This document shows, piece after piece, positions 19,582 to 28,235 of a stretch of DNA of 64,000 bases. The number at the start of each line of letters is the position of its first letter. Position 1 is the first letter of the stretch. The notes beneath the pieces are model-generated. The model had not been told where the DNA came from. It made no database searches and was given only the letters and a program-made list of their open reading frames with translations. This DNA comes from a virus. The stretch spans positions 1 to 64,000 of the IMG/VR virus record IMGVR_UViG_3300043122_000207. The stretch is one strand, 5' to 3'. The position numbers and the translations under genes were made by a program.

Positions 19582-20514
19582 ATGAGAGATTTTGAAAACT
19601 TTCTAAAAGAAATGTATGAGTTCTATGAAAATTTGGATTGGAGTTATTCAGGAAGAAAACCAGAAAATAATGAAATCCGTAATAAGATTTCAATGACAGC
19701 TAAAAAGTATGGGGTGCCTATCTTTGGTGAGGGTACCAATAGAACAGTATTTGAAAATAATGGTTATGTTTATAAGCTTGCACATAAAAGAGGTGCAACT
19801 TATGATAACATTGGTGAGAAATCAAATACTGAATATATCAAAAGAAAGCATCCAGAGCTTATACCACATATTGCTGAAGCGACCAAATACATTGGTAACG
19901 AATACATGCTTGAAGAAGAGATGATTACCCCTATCTTTGAATTTGAAGGTATTGATAAATTCGAGGGTAGTGATGGTGAGAGAGCTCTTCAATTCTTAAT
20001 GGAAAGAGCAGACGATTATGATTATCTAATCGAGCTTCTTTCAAGAGCATTTATTCTAATGGATGCTTCACCAAAATCCATCTTCAACTATGGTCTAAAG
20101 ACTACAAGAAGTAGAGACGGTAGAAGACAAACTACTTTGGCAAACTTAGACTATGCATATTTTGTACCAAAAGATGGTGCTCTAATTTGTCCTACATGTA
20201 ATAATGGTGAATTAAAATATGATAAGATTGATTTACATTATAGAAATAATCAGGAAAGAGAAAAGATTATTAAGACTGTAAAATCAATCAATGAAGAACA
20301 ATATGTCTGCACCAATGAAGGATGTCAGCATCACAAAGGTGGAAGAGGTATTGCAGTTGAAGATGTTATTGAGATGTATGAGGATGGACAAATCCAAACA
20401 CAAAGATACCAGTCAGGTCCTGGCTCTAGAAGAGGAGGATATTCTTCCAGAAGTTATGAGAGAAGTTATGCTGGTAGCAGAAGTGGTGGATATAATGATG
20501 GGTTTAACAGATAA
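19582..20514 (+). CDS. Protein kinase-like protein with Zn ribbon and RGG/SR-rich tail
   Basis: GEGTNRTV (Gly loop), VYKLA (Lys), DNIGE (alphaC Glu), MDASPKSIFNYG (catalytic-loop-like), LDYAY (DFG-like); CPTC...CTNEGC; tail SRRGGYSSRSYERSYAGSRSGGY. Confidence 0.6.
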   Translation: MRDFENFLKEMYEFYENLDWSYSGRKPENNEIRNKISMTAKKYGVPIFGEGTNRTVFENNGYVYKLAHKRGATYDNIGEKSNTEYIKRKHPELIPHIAEATKYIGNEYMLEEEMITPIFEFEGIDKFEGSDGERALQFLMERADDYDYLIELLSRAFILMDASPKSIFNYGLKTTRSRDGRRQTTLANLDYAYFVPKDGALICPTCNNGELKYDKIDLHYRNNQEREKIIKTVKSINEEQYVCTNEGCQHHKGGRGIAVEDVIEMYEDGQIQTQRYQSGPGSRRGGYSSRSYERSYAGSRSGGYNDGFNR

Positions 20515-20524
20515 TTAAATTAAT

Positions 20525-20550
20525 GTGGGGGTGTAGTGCCCCCACTTTTT
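20525..20550 (+). terminator. Rho-independent terminator
   Basis: gtggggg-tgtagtg-cccccac stem-loop followed by T run, just after 19582..20514. Confidence 0.75.
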
Positions 20551-21075
20551 ATCACACCAACAATTTTATGTAAAAATATACCAAAAAATATGGAGGTGTT
20601 AATTATGTCAAAAATCATTAAGTTGATATATCAAATTAAACTATACCTTTTTAAGATTACATCTATTTCTGGTTTACAGGCAAAAAGAATTGTAAGCAGA
20701 AACAATTTAAAAGCCTATTCAAATTTACCTTGGTTTTTAGACAAAAGAATTAAAATCAAAGGGGAGACTGGTATTTTTTCCAGCATAAGAGATTTGTCTG
20801 GGTTTTTTGATGTAGAGAGGTTTGATAACGATCAGTTAACTTTAAGAAAAGATCAGCTATCAATTTTGATTTGTAGAATTTTAAATGCTATGGATTATAA
20901 ACCTAAGATGCTGATACTTTTTGATGGGTTCGATATCAATACATATTGTTTCTTCAATCATAAAGGGGAAACAGTTATTTTTAATAACACATGTTATTAC
21001 AATAAATATGATAACATTGAAGATGTGTTGGATGTTTATGACCATGATGAATTCATAATTTACGATCCTAAATAA
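20536..21075 (+). CDS. Hypothetical protein (true start probably MSKII after GGAGG RBS)
   Basis: ORF track; GGAGGTG before ATG at ~20606. Confidence 0.55.
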   Translation: MPPLFITPTILCKNIPKNMEVLIMSKIIKLIYQIKLYLFKITSISGLQAKRIVSRNNLKAYSNLPWFLDKRIKIKGETGIFSSIRDLSGFFDVERFDNDQLTLRKDQLSILICRILNAMDYKPKMLILFDGFDINTYCFFNHKGETVIFNNTCYYNKYDNIEDVLDVYDHDEFIIYDPK

Positions 21076-21150
21076 TAAATGTTGATGAGGTTTACGCCTC
21101 ATCAATTATTTTTGCTTTTTTGAAAACATTAATATAGGAGATGATTAAAG

Positions 21151-22113
21151 ATGAATGAAAAAAATAATGGATATATCTATACAGAAAAAGATGTTCGGTC
21201 TCTTTTTAATTTAAGTAAGCGTTGTATTCAGCAGGGGTTATATGAGAAAAAATATTCACATTCCATAAGAGCCGAGCATGAACACGGGAGAAAAAGGTAT
21301 TTAAGAAAAAAGGATGTAATGGAGTATGTTATAAATAGATTGATACATAAATCAGGTATTAAAGAAGATGTTTTGTATTCCTTATTAGATGGAGATGATG
21401 TCTCTAATATTATACCTAAAGTAAAGGGGTTGAATAAAGTGTGGATAAGCAGAATGAATATCGGAAGTTTTTTAGAAAAGGTTGGTTATGATAGTGAATT
21501 ACCTGAGGGTATCGACATTGTAAATAAAACCAATATGTACTGGAGTGTCTTTGGAAGAAAAGGTATAATTAAATATGTTCTTTTCGAACATATGGATAAA
21601 ATTATTTTATCCCTTGACATTGATGAGTTGACTTTAGATCAAAATGAACTATTCGATATGATATTAAAGATCACAGAAAAACATGAATTAAAAGGTGAGA
21701 TTTTTGATTTCGTGGATGATAAGGATAATATTGAATTGAAAATAAACTATGAGAAGGCTGAAATAAGAATCGGAGAAATAAGAGATTTTTCTTCGATAAT
21801 TGAAAGCTTAAAAATAGAAGAAAATCATATAGCTAGTAACGAAATATCTTTCAATGAATTGATGTATGAAGATTTTTTATTAACCAAGGATATATGTTAT
21901 GGTTATAAAATAGTTGGTGGTATTTATTCTTCAGAAGAGGAAAGTTATTTAGAGGACATTAAAAACTCAATGTTTATAAACCCTATAATATCTTTAAAAG
22001 TTAATCCTAAAAAGGGTGGTATTTATAAGGGTGAAGATTTAACCATGGTTTTTGAAGAAAATGAGAATGGGACACCACAAGTTGTTTTCTATGATAATAA
22101 TCTAAGGAGGTAA
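21151..22113 (+). CDS. Hypothetical protein with possible N-terminal MerR/excisionase-like HTH
   Basis: YTEKDVRSLFNLSKRCIQQG...G..RYLRKKDV pattern; AGGAG RBS. Confidence 0.45.
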   Translation: MNEKNNGYIYTEKDVRSLFNLSKRCIQQGLYEKKYSHSIRAEHEHGRKRYLRKKDVMEYVINRLIHKSGIKEDVLYSLLDGDDVSNIIPKVKGLNKVWISRMNIGSFLEKVGYDSELPEGIDIVNKTNMYWSVFGRKGIIKYVLFEHMDKIILSLDIDELTLDQNELFDMILKITEKHELKGEIFDFVDDKDNIELKINYEKAEIRIGEIRDFSSIIESLKIEENHIASNEISFNELMYEDFLLTKDICYGYKIVGGIYSSEEESYLEDIKNSMFINPIISLKVNPKKGGIYKGEDLTMVFEENENGTPQVVFYDNNLRR

Positions 22114-22117
22114 TAAA

Positions 22118-22480
22118 ATGGGTTTAACTATAAATGGATTAAAGGCAACCAAGAACATAATTGAAAAAACGATTGAAGAATACACAGTATACGAATACGG
22201 GTACTGTGTAATAATGATGGATGATTTAAGTGGTAATCAACTAGATGAGTTTATGGTTCACATATGTACAATTGAAATATTTAAAAGGGATGAGTTTGAA
22301 AAGAAACTTAAAAAAAGACTCAAGAGTTTCAATTACAGTCATTGTCATATAACTGGTCGTCTAACAGAAGATTTAAAAGAACATTATGACATTGTGGTTG
22401 GATTATTCGATAGAAAGGGTTTATTAGTGGATTCCACTTATAAAAAAAGAAAAGGTGAGTGTGTTGACAGGTTGTGTTAA
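22118..22480 (+). CDS. Hypothetical protein
   Basis: 120 aa, AGGAGG RBS. Confidence 0.6.
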   Translation: MGLTINGLKATKNIIEKTIEEYTVYEYGYCVIMMDDLSGNQLDEFMVHICTIEIFKRDEFEKKLKKRLKSFNYSHCHITGRLTEDLKEHYDIVVGLFDRKGLLVDSTYKKRKGECVDRLC

Positions 22481-22961
22481 TATCATATTCCTAGATATAG
22501 ACGGGGTTATGAGACCCGATAGTTTTATAGAGTTATCTCATATAAGTTTAGGTGGTGGTCAATATCCACCAGAAAAATTTAAAATAGAAAAAAGATTTGC
22601 ACCTTGGTCTGTTGATGTTTTGAATATATTATTAAATAGAAACCCAAATTTATATCTTGTGATATCATCCGAATGGAGAAGAAATATGTCTAGAGTTTAT
22701 GATGCTTTCGATTATAGTGGTTTACCTACAGAAAAAATTATAGGTAAGACACACCATATAAATGAATTGAAAACAAGGGGTGAGGAAATAAATAGATTCC
22801 TAGACGATTATGATTATCTCATATCAGACTACCTTGTAATAGATGATGATGATATTGAGGGTATTGATAAAAAAATTATAGTAAATAAAAAGACAGGTTT
22901 ATCTTTTGATACATTATCTAAAATAGATAATGATTTTAATTTAAGCTGGCTTTGGGAATAG
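22455..22961 (+). CDS. HAD-superfamily phosphatase (Swiss-army-knife RNA repair-like HAD domain)
   Basis: IIFLDIDGV, LVISSEWR, RGEEI, YLVIDDD motifs. Confidence 0.8.
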   Translation: MSVLTGCVNIIFLDIDGVMRPDSFIELSHISLGGGQYPPEKFKIEKRFAPWSVDVLNILLNRNPNLYLVISSEWRRNMSRVYDAFDYSGLPTEKIIGKTHHINELKTRGEEINRFLDDYDYLISDYLVIDDDDIEGIDKKIIVNKKTGLSFDTLSKIDNDFNLSWLWE

Positions 22962-22967
22962 GAATAG

Positions 22968-22987
22968 GCGAGGGATATAACCCTCGC
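22968..22987. terminator. Bidirectional terminator hairpin
   Basis: gcgaggg-atataa-ccctcgc between convergent genes. Confidence 0.7.
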
Positions 22988-22993
22988 TTAAAA

Positions 22994-23599
22994 TTAAGAT
23001 GGTCTTTGAAAAGAATACACTTTTTCAAAAAACATTTCTTTACAACCATTTTCAGGTTCTATAATATCACAAGGTCTACAGTCACCTTTTTTAATATCAG
23101 ACCTAACATCATACCCAAGGTTTAAATAAGCATCATCACCCAATTCAGAACAGATAACATATCTTGGGTCATTGAATTTATTTTCTCCACCAAATAAAGC
23201 TTGGTGTATGTAACCTACAATTTGGAAGATGTCATATTTTGTCCCGTGCTTATCTAGAAGAAACTTAATCATTTTTTCTTTTTCTTCTTTAGATAAACCA
23301 CCTATTTTTCTATAAACATCGAAATCATCGTATATAGAAATGGGGTTTGTTTCAACAGTGAGTTTAGCTTCTATTAGTGTATAAGAAGATAAAGCCACAG
23401 CAACATGATTATATTCACTATCTGTAAACCACTGTATTGCTTTACTATATGGTCCATCACCTCTGGTGAGAATTAAATCCCCTGTTTCTATTTCATTAAA
23501 TATCATGGTCATTTTATACCTCCTTAATCTATAAGGGTATTTACTATATATATTGTTTTTGCACCCATATATTATGTGGGTAAGAGAACTCATAAACAT
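22994..23599 (-). CDS. Permuted papain-like NlpC/P60 peptidase/amidase (YiiX/YebB, C92 family)
   Basis: GDLILTRG, YNHVAV (His), KYD, ICSEL (Cys) in circularly permuted order; probable start MTMIF. Confidence 0.8.
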   Translation of the reverse strand: MFMSSLTHIIYGCKNNIYSKYPYRLRRYKMTMIFNEIETGDLILTRGDGPYSKAIQWFTDSEYNHVAVALSSYTLIEAKLTVETNPISIYDDFDVYRKIGGLSKEEKEKMIKFLLDKHGTKYDIFQIVGYIHQALFGGENKFNDPRYVICSELGDDAYLNLGYDVRSDIKKGDCRPCDIIEPENGCKEMFFEKVYSFQRPS

Positions 23600-23624
23600 A
23601 AAAATTTAAAAGGAGGGGTTAAAA

Positions 23625-23897
23625 ATGAATTTAAAAGAATTGATTGATGGTATAGTTGAGACTAATAAAGAAAATGTTGATAGTTGCATTGAAGAAAACC
23701 AGGAGATAACCGAATTAGAAAACCTTATATTTGAGAATTTAGATTTAATGGATGTGGTGGCTGATGTCCCAGAGGGTGCTGAAAAAAGTGGTAAGACATT
23801 AAGAGAGATGTTTACAGAGTTTTCTATCCTTTTACAGGATGAAGCTTATAAAAAAGGAATAGAAGATGGTATCAAAATAAAAAAGATGTTAAGTTAG
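23625..23897 (+). CDS. Hypothetical protein
   Basis: 90 aa, AGGAGG RBS. Confidence 0.6.
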   Translation: MNLKELIDGIVETNKENVDSCIEENQEITELENLIFENLDLMDVVADVPEGAEKSGKTLREMFTEFSILLQDEAYKKGIEDGIKIKKMLS

Positions 23898-23934
23898 TTT
23901 TTAAAATACATTCATTATAAAAGGAGATGTTAAT

Positions 23935-24225
23935 ATGATTAGTAGTGAAGACATCAAAAACATTGATATTGTGGAGTTATCGTCAAACGCCGATTTTCTT
24001 TCTAATTTAAAAAAGGTAGCTGATAAGAGAATAGGTAATTACTCTAAGGGAGATATAGTAGAGTCTAAAGAATTACTGGAACCTATATGGAGTAACTACG
24101 GACCTTTAGAGCAAAGGGAATTGGGTAAGTGTTTTAGGGTATTGGTTGAGAGTGGTTTCTATCCTAAACTAAAATACATGGGTAAGAAATCTAATAGACA
24201 CGCAAAGTATAAAGTATTAGTCTAG
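23935..24225 (+). CDS. DUF1413-like small nucleic-acid-binding protein
   Basis: W...EQRELGKCFRVLVESG....Y.GKKSNRHAKY pattern typical of DUF1413. Confidence 0.55.
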   Translation: MISSEDIKNIDIVELSSNADFLSNLKKVADKRIGNYSKGDIVESKELLEPIWSNYGPLEQRELGKCFRVLVESGFYPKLKYMGKKSNRHAKYKVLV

Positions 24226-24281
24226 TTGATTATTGGGTGGGTTAAACCCACCCTCTTTAAAATTAAAAGGAGGAGATTTAT

Positions 24282-24665
24282 ATGTTAAAGAAAACTTTAT
24301 TAATTACAATTATGTTGGTTATGGTATTGGGGCTATCTGCACAGGCAATGGATGTTACAGCAGGCACAGAAATCAATGAGAACTTAGACTTAAAAGAAGA
24401 AAAGACTGTTATCCCTAATAACGGTGCTCTTTATGTTAGAGCTGAATCTGATAAAGGTCGTTTCGGTCAGGATTATCTTACTATAACTTTATTTGATACT
24501 TCTGGTTTTGGAGAAAAGATAGTTAATAAAGGCAACTTACCTGTAGATCCCAATTGGTCAGTTTATGTTATGAGACCTAGTTTATATCCTGGTGAATATA
24601 AAATAAAAGTAGAAACCCAAAATGATGTTGGTTATTTAGAAATTGAAGTAATAGAGGCTGATTAG
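24282..24665 (+). CDS. Exported protein with N-terminal signal peptide
   Basis: MLKKTLLITIMLVMVLGLSAQA (basic n-region, hydrophobic core, AxA site). Confidence 0.7.
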   Translation: MLKKTLLITIMLVMVLGLSAQAMDVTAGTEINENLDLKEEKTVIPNNGALYVRAESDKGRFGQDYLTITLFDTSGFGEKIVNKGNLPVDPNWSVYVMRPSLYPGEYKIKVETQNDVGYLEIEVIEAD

Positions 24666-24679
24666 TAAAGGAGGACAAT

Positions 24680-25051
24680 ATGAAAATCATAATGGAATCT
24701 AATTTAAATGGAGTAGGCAAGTTAGCATATAAGTTATTACACAAAAAAGGAAAGATAAGACTTAAAGAAAAGTGTAAATGTAAACCAGATGGTGATTCAA
24801 GTCATTGTGATACTAATCCACATCTTATATTGGAATGTAAGAGAGATACCAGGGGCAAATACTATTATAGAACTTATGATAGTAGTAAACATACTAGAAG
24901 AGGTAAGTGGCTTAAAATCCATCCTATAGCTTTAGAGGATAAGATAGATTTCTTTACAAAAGAATACGATTCATATATAGAAACTAATCCATTAGAGTTT
25001 TTCGAAAAGATATCTAAAAAACCTGTTAAAGAGTTATTGAAAAATTACTAA
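24680..25051 (+). CDS. Hypothetical protein, Cys/His cluster
   Basis: KCKC...HCDTNPH...C; GAGG RBS. Confidence 0.55.
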   Translation: MKIIMESNLNGVGKLAYKLLHKKGKIRLKEKCKCKPDGDSSHCDTNPHLILECKRDTRGKYYYRTYDSSKHTRRGKWLKIHPIALEDKIDFFTKEYDSYIETNPLEFFEKISKKPVKELLKNY

Positions 25052-25067
25052 TAAAGGGGGTATTTAA

Positions 25068-25484
25068 ATGAAAGATTATTTAGTACCATTTGATTTACAA
25101 GGGGATGAAAATCCTAGTAAGGAAGATTTAATAGCTGAGATTAAGAATTTAGGTATACACATTCATGATAGAATGTATAGTAGGTTAGATATCAAAGAAC
25201 ATTATAAAAATTCATACCAAACACTTATCATATCTCCCTATAGGTATAAGAGCACGATTGTAATAGGTTTAAAAGATGAAGATGATGGTAGTAAGTATGT
25301 TAAGGTAAATAAAATGGAACCTAATCTAACTGGTGATACTTTAGCATCTTATATGTATGAGAAGGAAGATTTAAATAAACTATCTATTGATGAATTAAAG
25401 TATATATGGACAGAGCTTGAAACTTATAACGATACTTTGAATGAAATCATAGCAAAGGTTAAAATGAAAGGAGAAGATATCTAA
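25068..25484 (+). CDS. Hypothetical protein
   Basis: 138-aa ORF in operon. Confidence 0.6.
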   Translation: MKDYLVPFDLQGDENPSKEDLIAEIKNLGIHIHDRMYSRLDIKEHYKNSYQTLIISPYRYKSTIVIGLKDEDDGSKYVKVNKMEPNLTGDTLASYMYEKEDLNKLSIDELKYIWTELETYNDTLNEIIAKVKMKGEDI

Positions 25485-25930
25485 TGGCTAATGCAAGGGT
25501 TGTAATGAATACTACAGCATTTAATTTAAAGGGGGGCACTAAAGAGGAGTTTCTAAAGGTATTGGAATTGTTTAAAGGAGTTAATATGTTTATTAAAGAA
25601 GGGGAATATGATGTTAAAGCTGAATATAAATTATTTCATAACGGGGATGGTTTCGTTTATGATATAGACGACATATACTACCAATTAGAAGAGGAAGAAG
25701 ATAATAAAGAATTAAAGGTGTTAGAAGAAAACAGTATAACTAACCTATTACAACTAATACAACACTACATGGACCCTAAAGAAATAGACCGTATATTGTA
25801 TAAAGAAATATCTAATACTAAGGTACGTAGTATATATGGTTTTAGTGCTATAATTACTAAGGACAATATATCTACTAAAACTTTATTTAATATACATGAC
25901 TTGCATCCTAGTAGTAAAGATAAAAGGTAA
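25484..25930 (+). CDS. Hypothetical protein
   Basis: 148 aa, translationally coupled (TAATG overlap). Confidence 0.6.
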   Translation: MANARVVMNTTAFNLKGGTKEEFLKVLELFKGVNMFIKEGEYDVKAEYKLFHNGDGFVYDIDDIYYQLEEEEDNKELKVLEENSITNLLQLIQHYMDPKEIDRILYKEISNTKVRSIYGFSAIITKDNISTKTLFNIHDLHPSSKDKR

Positions 25931-25976
25931 TAACTAAATAACTAAAAGGGAGAGTTATATACTCTCTCTTTTTTTG

Positions 25977-26064
25977 TTTTTATAATCAAATCCTACTAAT
26001 TTTTTTATAATCAAAATCTTTCTTAAAATTTTTTATAATCAAAATATTTTTTATAATCAAAATC
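25977..26064. repeat. Four direct repeats TTTTTATAATCAAA(A)T(C)
   Basis: Copies at ~25977, 26002, 26030, 26048 in the intergenic region after a terminator (25946-25975) and before the recombinase-like gene. Confidence 0.9.
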
Positions 26065-26196
26065 CTGCCTATTACGTCCTTATACGTCTATATGGGGGAG
26101 GGTCGGTTTTTATTAATAATGGGTGATTAATAAATTAAATACCGATAACAAAGTAATTAGAGTAGTTTAAAAGGAATCTGAAAGGGGAATAATAAT

Positions 26197-26763
26197 ATGA
26201 GTGGTATATTAAATAACTTACCTTTAGTATTGGATGATTATCAGATTGAAGACTTATTAGAGCAGGCTAATATGGAATGCTTTACAGGTTATAGAAATTA
26301 CTGTATATTAAGGTTAATGGTTTTTAATGGATTAACTTCAACAGAAGTTGCCAGATTAAGATGGGAAGATGTTAAATTATATGAAGGGGATTGTTATATA
26401 AGAGATAATGATGACCCTAGAGATTCAAGAAGGATATTATTAGATTTTGAAACTTTAGAACACCTAAGGGATTTAAAAAGAATTCAGGCTATAGAGGTTC
26501 AGCCACATAGTCATATATTTACTACTAAAAAAAATAAACCAGTATTAGCAGTATATATCGCACATATGGTTAAACGCTATGCAAGACGTGCTTATCTACC
26601 AGAGGAGGTTAATCCATCTACACTGCGTCAGACCTTTGGTAAAAACTTATATAAAAAAACTAGAGATATTGAGGAAGTAAGAGAGCATATGGGTTATACC
26701 AAAAAAACGACCTTAAGTAAGTTTAAGTATTTAGCTGATGAGGATATAGTAACTAACTATTAA
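26197..26763 (+). CDS. Tyrosine recombinase-fold protein with degenerate active site
   Basis: RNYCILRLM..NGLTSTEVARLRWEDV / PSTLRQTFG / VREHMGY..TTLSKFKY align to XerC/FimB boxes but catalytic residues are substituted. Confidence 0.8.
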   Translation: MSGILNNLPLVLDDYQIEDLLEQANMECFTGYRNYCILRLMVFNGLTSTEVARLRWEDVKLYEGDCYIRDNDDPRDSRRILLDFETLEHLRDLKRIQAIEVQPHSHIFTTKKNKPVLAVYIAHMVKRYARRAYLPEEVNPSTLRQTFGKNLYKKTRDIEEVREHMGYTKKTTLSKFKYLADEDIVTNY

Positions 26764-26778
26764 AAGAGGTGAATTAAA

Positions 26779-27156
26779 ATGACATTTATGGAGACCTTAA
26801 GGGTTTTAAAAAGAGGAGAACTTGTAATAGATGATGAGGATATGGGTGATGTTGAATCTATTTATATAAACTATTATGGTGATAAATATGCTAAAAGAGT
26901 TTATAAAAATACAGAAGTAATTAAAGTAGAAATAGGTTTTGATGATTTAAAAACTAATCTAATAGATTATATGAGATGGCTTGAGGATAATTTATGTGTT
27001 GAAACATCTATAGAGTATTTAAATAATAGATTAAGGTATAACTTCCCATTATCTTTAAAGATGGTTTCTATCTATAGTGTATGTATAGAAGGTTCACCAG
27101 ATATGATAAAAGAATTTAAAAAAGGGTTATTATTGGTAGGCTGTAAGATAAATTAA
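26779..27156 (+). CDS. Hypothetical protein
   Basis: 125 aa, GAGGTG RBS. Confidence 0.6.
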   Translation: MTFMETLRVLKRGELVIDDEDMGDVESIYINYYGDKYAKRVYKNTEVIKVEIGFDDLKTNLIDYMRWLEDNLCVETSIEYLNNRLRYNFPLSLKMVSIYSVCIEGSPDMIKEFKKGLLLVGCKIN

Positions 27157-27173
27157 TTAGGGGGTAAATACTT

Positions 27174-27827
27174 ATGAATATTGATATGATAAAAGAACTT
27201 TATAAAAATAAAATAACTTCTGATTTGAATTTAGAAATAAATGATTTAGCTATTTATTCAACCAAGGATAGATTAAGACAAAGATCAGCAAAAGAGGAAA
27301 AGGTTTTTAATGTGGGCCCTTATAAAACATGTGACTTTATGGTTGAGGTTAAATACGGGTTACCTTATCTAATAGAAGGAAAAGTAACCTTCAGTTCAGT
27401 TGAAAGTGAATTAATTAAAAGGGATAAAAAATTAAATGAACTTTTAAAAGATTATGATTTTAAATTGACCTCAAATGCTATGGCTGTTGATAGGTTTGAT
27501 CCAGAAAGAAGTGATTTTTCTTTTACTATTAAGGAATTTTATAAGTTTGATAAAAATAAGAATAAAACTGTATCTTTTTCTAAAGTATTAAAAGAAGTTA
27601 AAGCTGGTAAGAAAATAGCTAGAAAAGGTTGGAATGGTAATGGGATGTTTGTTTATTATGTTGGTGAAGATAAATATAAAGCCAAAACTAAAGCAGCTAA
27701 AAAGACCTTTGGTAAGTGTGTACCATATCTTCCTTATCTGGCTTTAAAGACTGTAGATGATAATGTAGTACCCTGGACAATAAGCCAAACAGATGTCCTT
27801 GCAGAAGACTGGTATATAATTGATTAA
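27174..27827 (+). CDS. tad2: Unknown N-terminal domain fused to Tad2/DUF2829 (anti-Thoeris sponge-like) domain
   Basis: C-terminal FSKVLKEVKAGKKIARKGWNGNGMFVY...PYL.LKTVD..VVPWTISQTDVLAEDW is the DUF2829 signature. Confidence 0.75.
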   Translation: MNIDMIKELYKNKITSDLNLEINDLAIYSTKDRLRQRSAKEEKVFNVGPYKTCDFMVEVKYGLPYLIEGKVTFSSVESELIKRDKKLNELLKDYDFKLTSNAMAVDRFDPERSDFSFTIKEFYKFDKNKNKTVSFSKVLKEVKAGKKIARKGWNGNGMFVYYVGEDKYKAKTKAAKKTFGKCVPYLPYLALKTVDDNVVPWTISQTDVLAEDWYIID

Positions 27828-27845
27828 AGTAGGAGGTAGTACAGG

Positions 27846-28235
27846 TTGGATAAAATTGCGATAAATAACTTTTTAAATACAGCTAATGATATACTAAAAG
27901 ACATGGGTTATGTGGATGAATTGGAGTTTAACTATTTAGATGGTGAATATATATTAAAACTTATTATGTTAAGTGATTCTCCTGTTATGTTAGGTAAACA
28001 TTTGATATCTTTAAAAGATAATAAGATAAAGGTAAATAAATCAATACATGATAAGTTATTTTTGATATCTAAACTTAAAGATGTATTGGATCAATTCAAA
28101 AAAGATTTTAAAGGTAATGATTTAAAAGTATACCATAATAGAGTTATGAGAAGAGAATATGAAGCTCGCGATAGTATGATAGATGGTAGAGATTTTACTG
28201 TTATAACTAAAAATTACTTATTAGGGGATGATTAA
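27846..28235 (+). CDS. Hypothetical protein
   Basis: 129 aa, TTG start with AGGAGG RBS. Confidence 0.55.
   Translation: MDKIAINNFLNTANDILKDMGYVDELEFNYLDGEYILKLIMLSDSPVMLGKHLISLKDNKIKVNKSIHDKLFLISKLKDVLDQFKKDFKGNDLKVYHNRVMRREYEARDSMIDGRDFTVITKNYLLGDD

Noticed and set aside
25977-26064. CRISPR array
   Set aside because: Repeats are ~16 bp with 2-12 bp gaps; no spacer-length unique sequences and no cas genes in the window
26197-26763. Functional integrase or prophage boundary
   Set aside because: Catalytic residues are degenerate, no att-like site or host genes are adjacent, and gene content is that of a lytic jumbo phage
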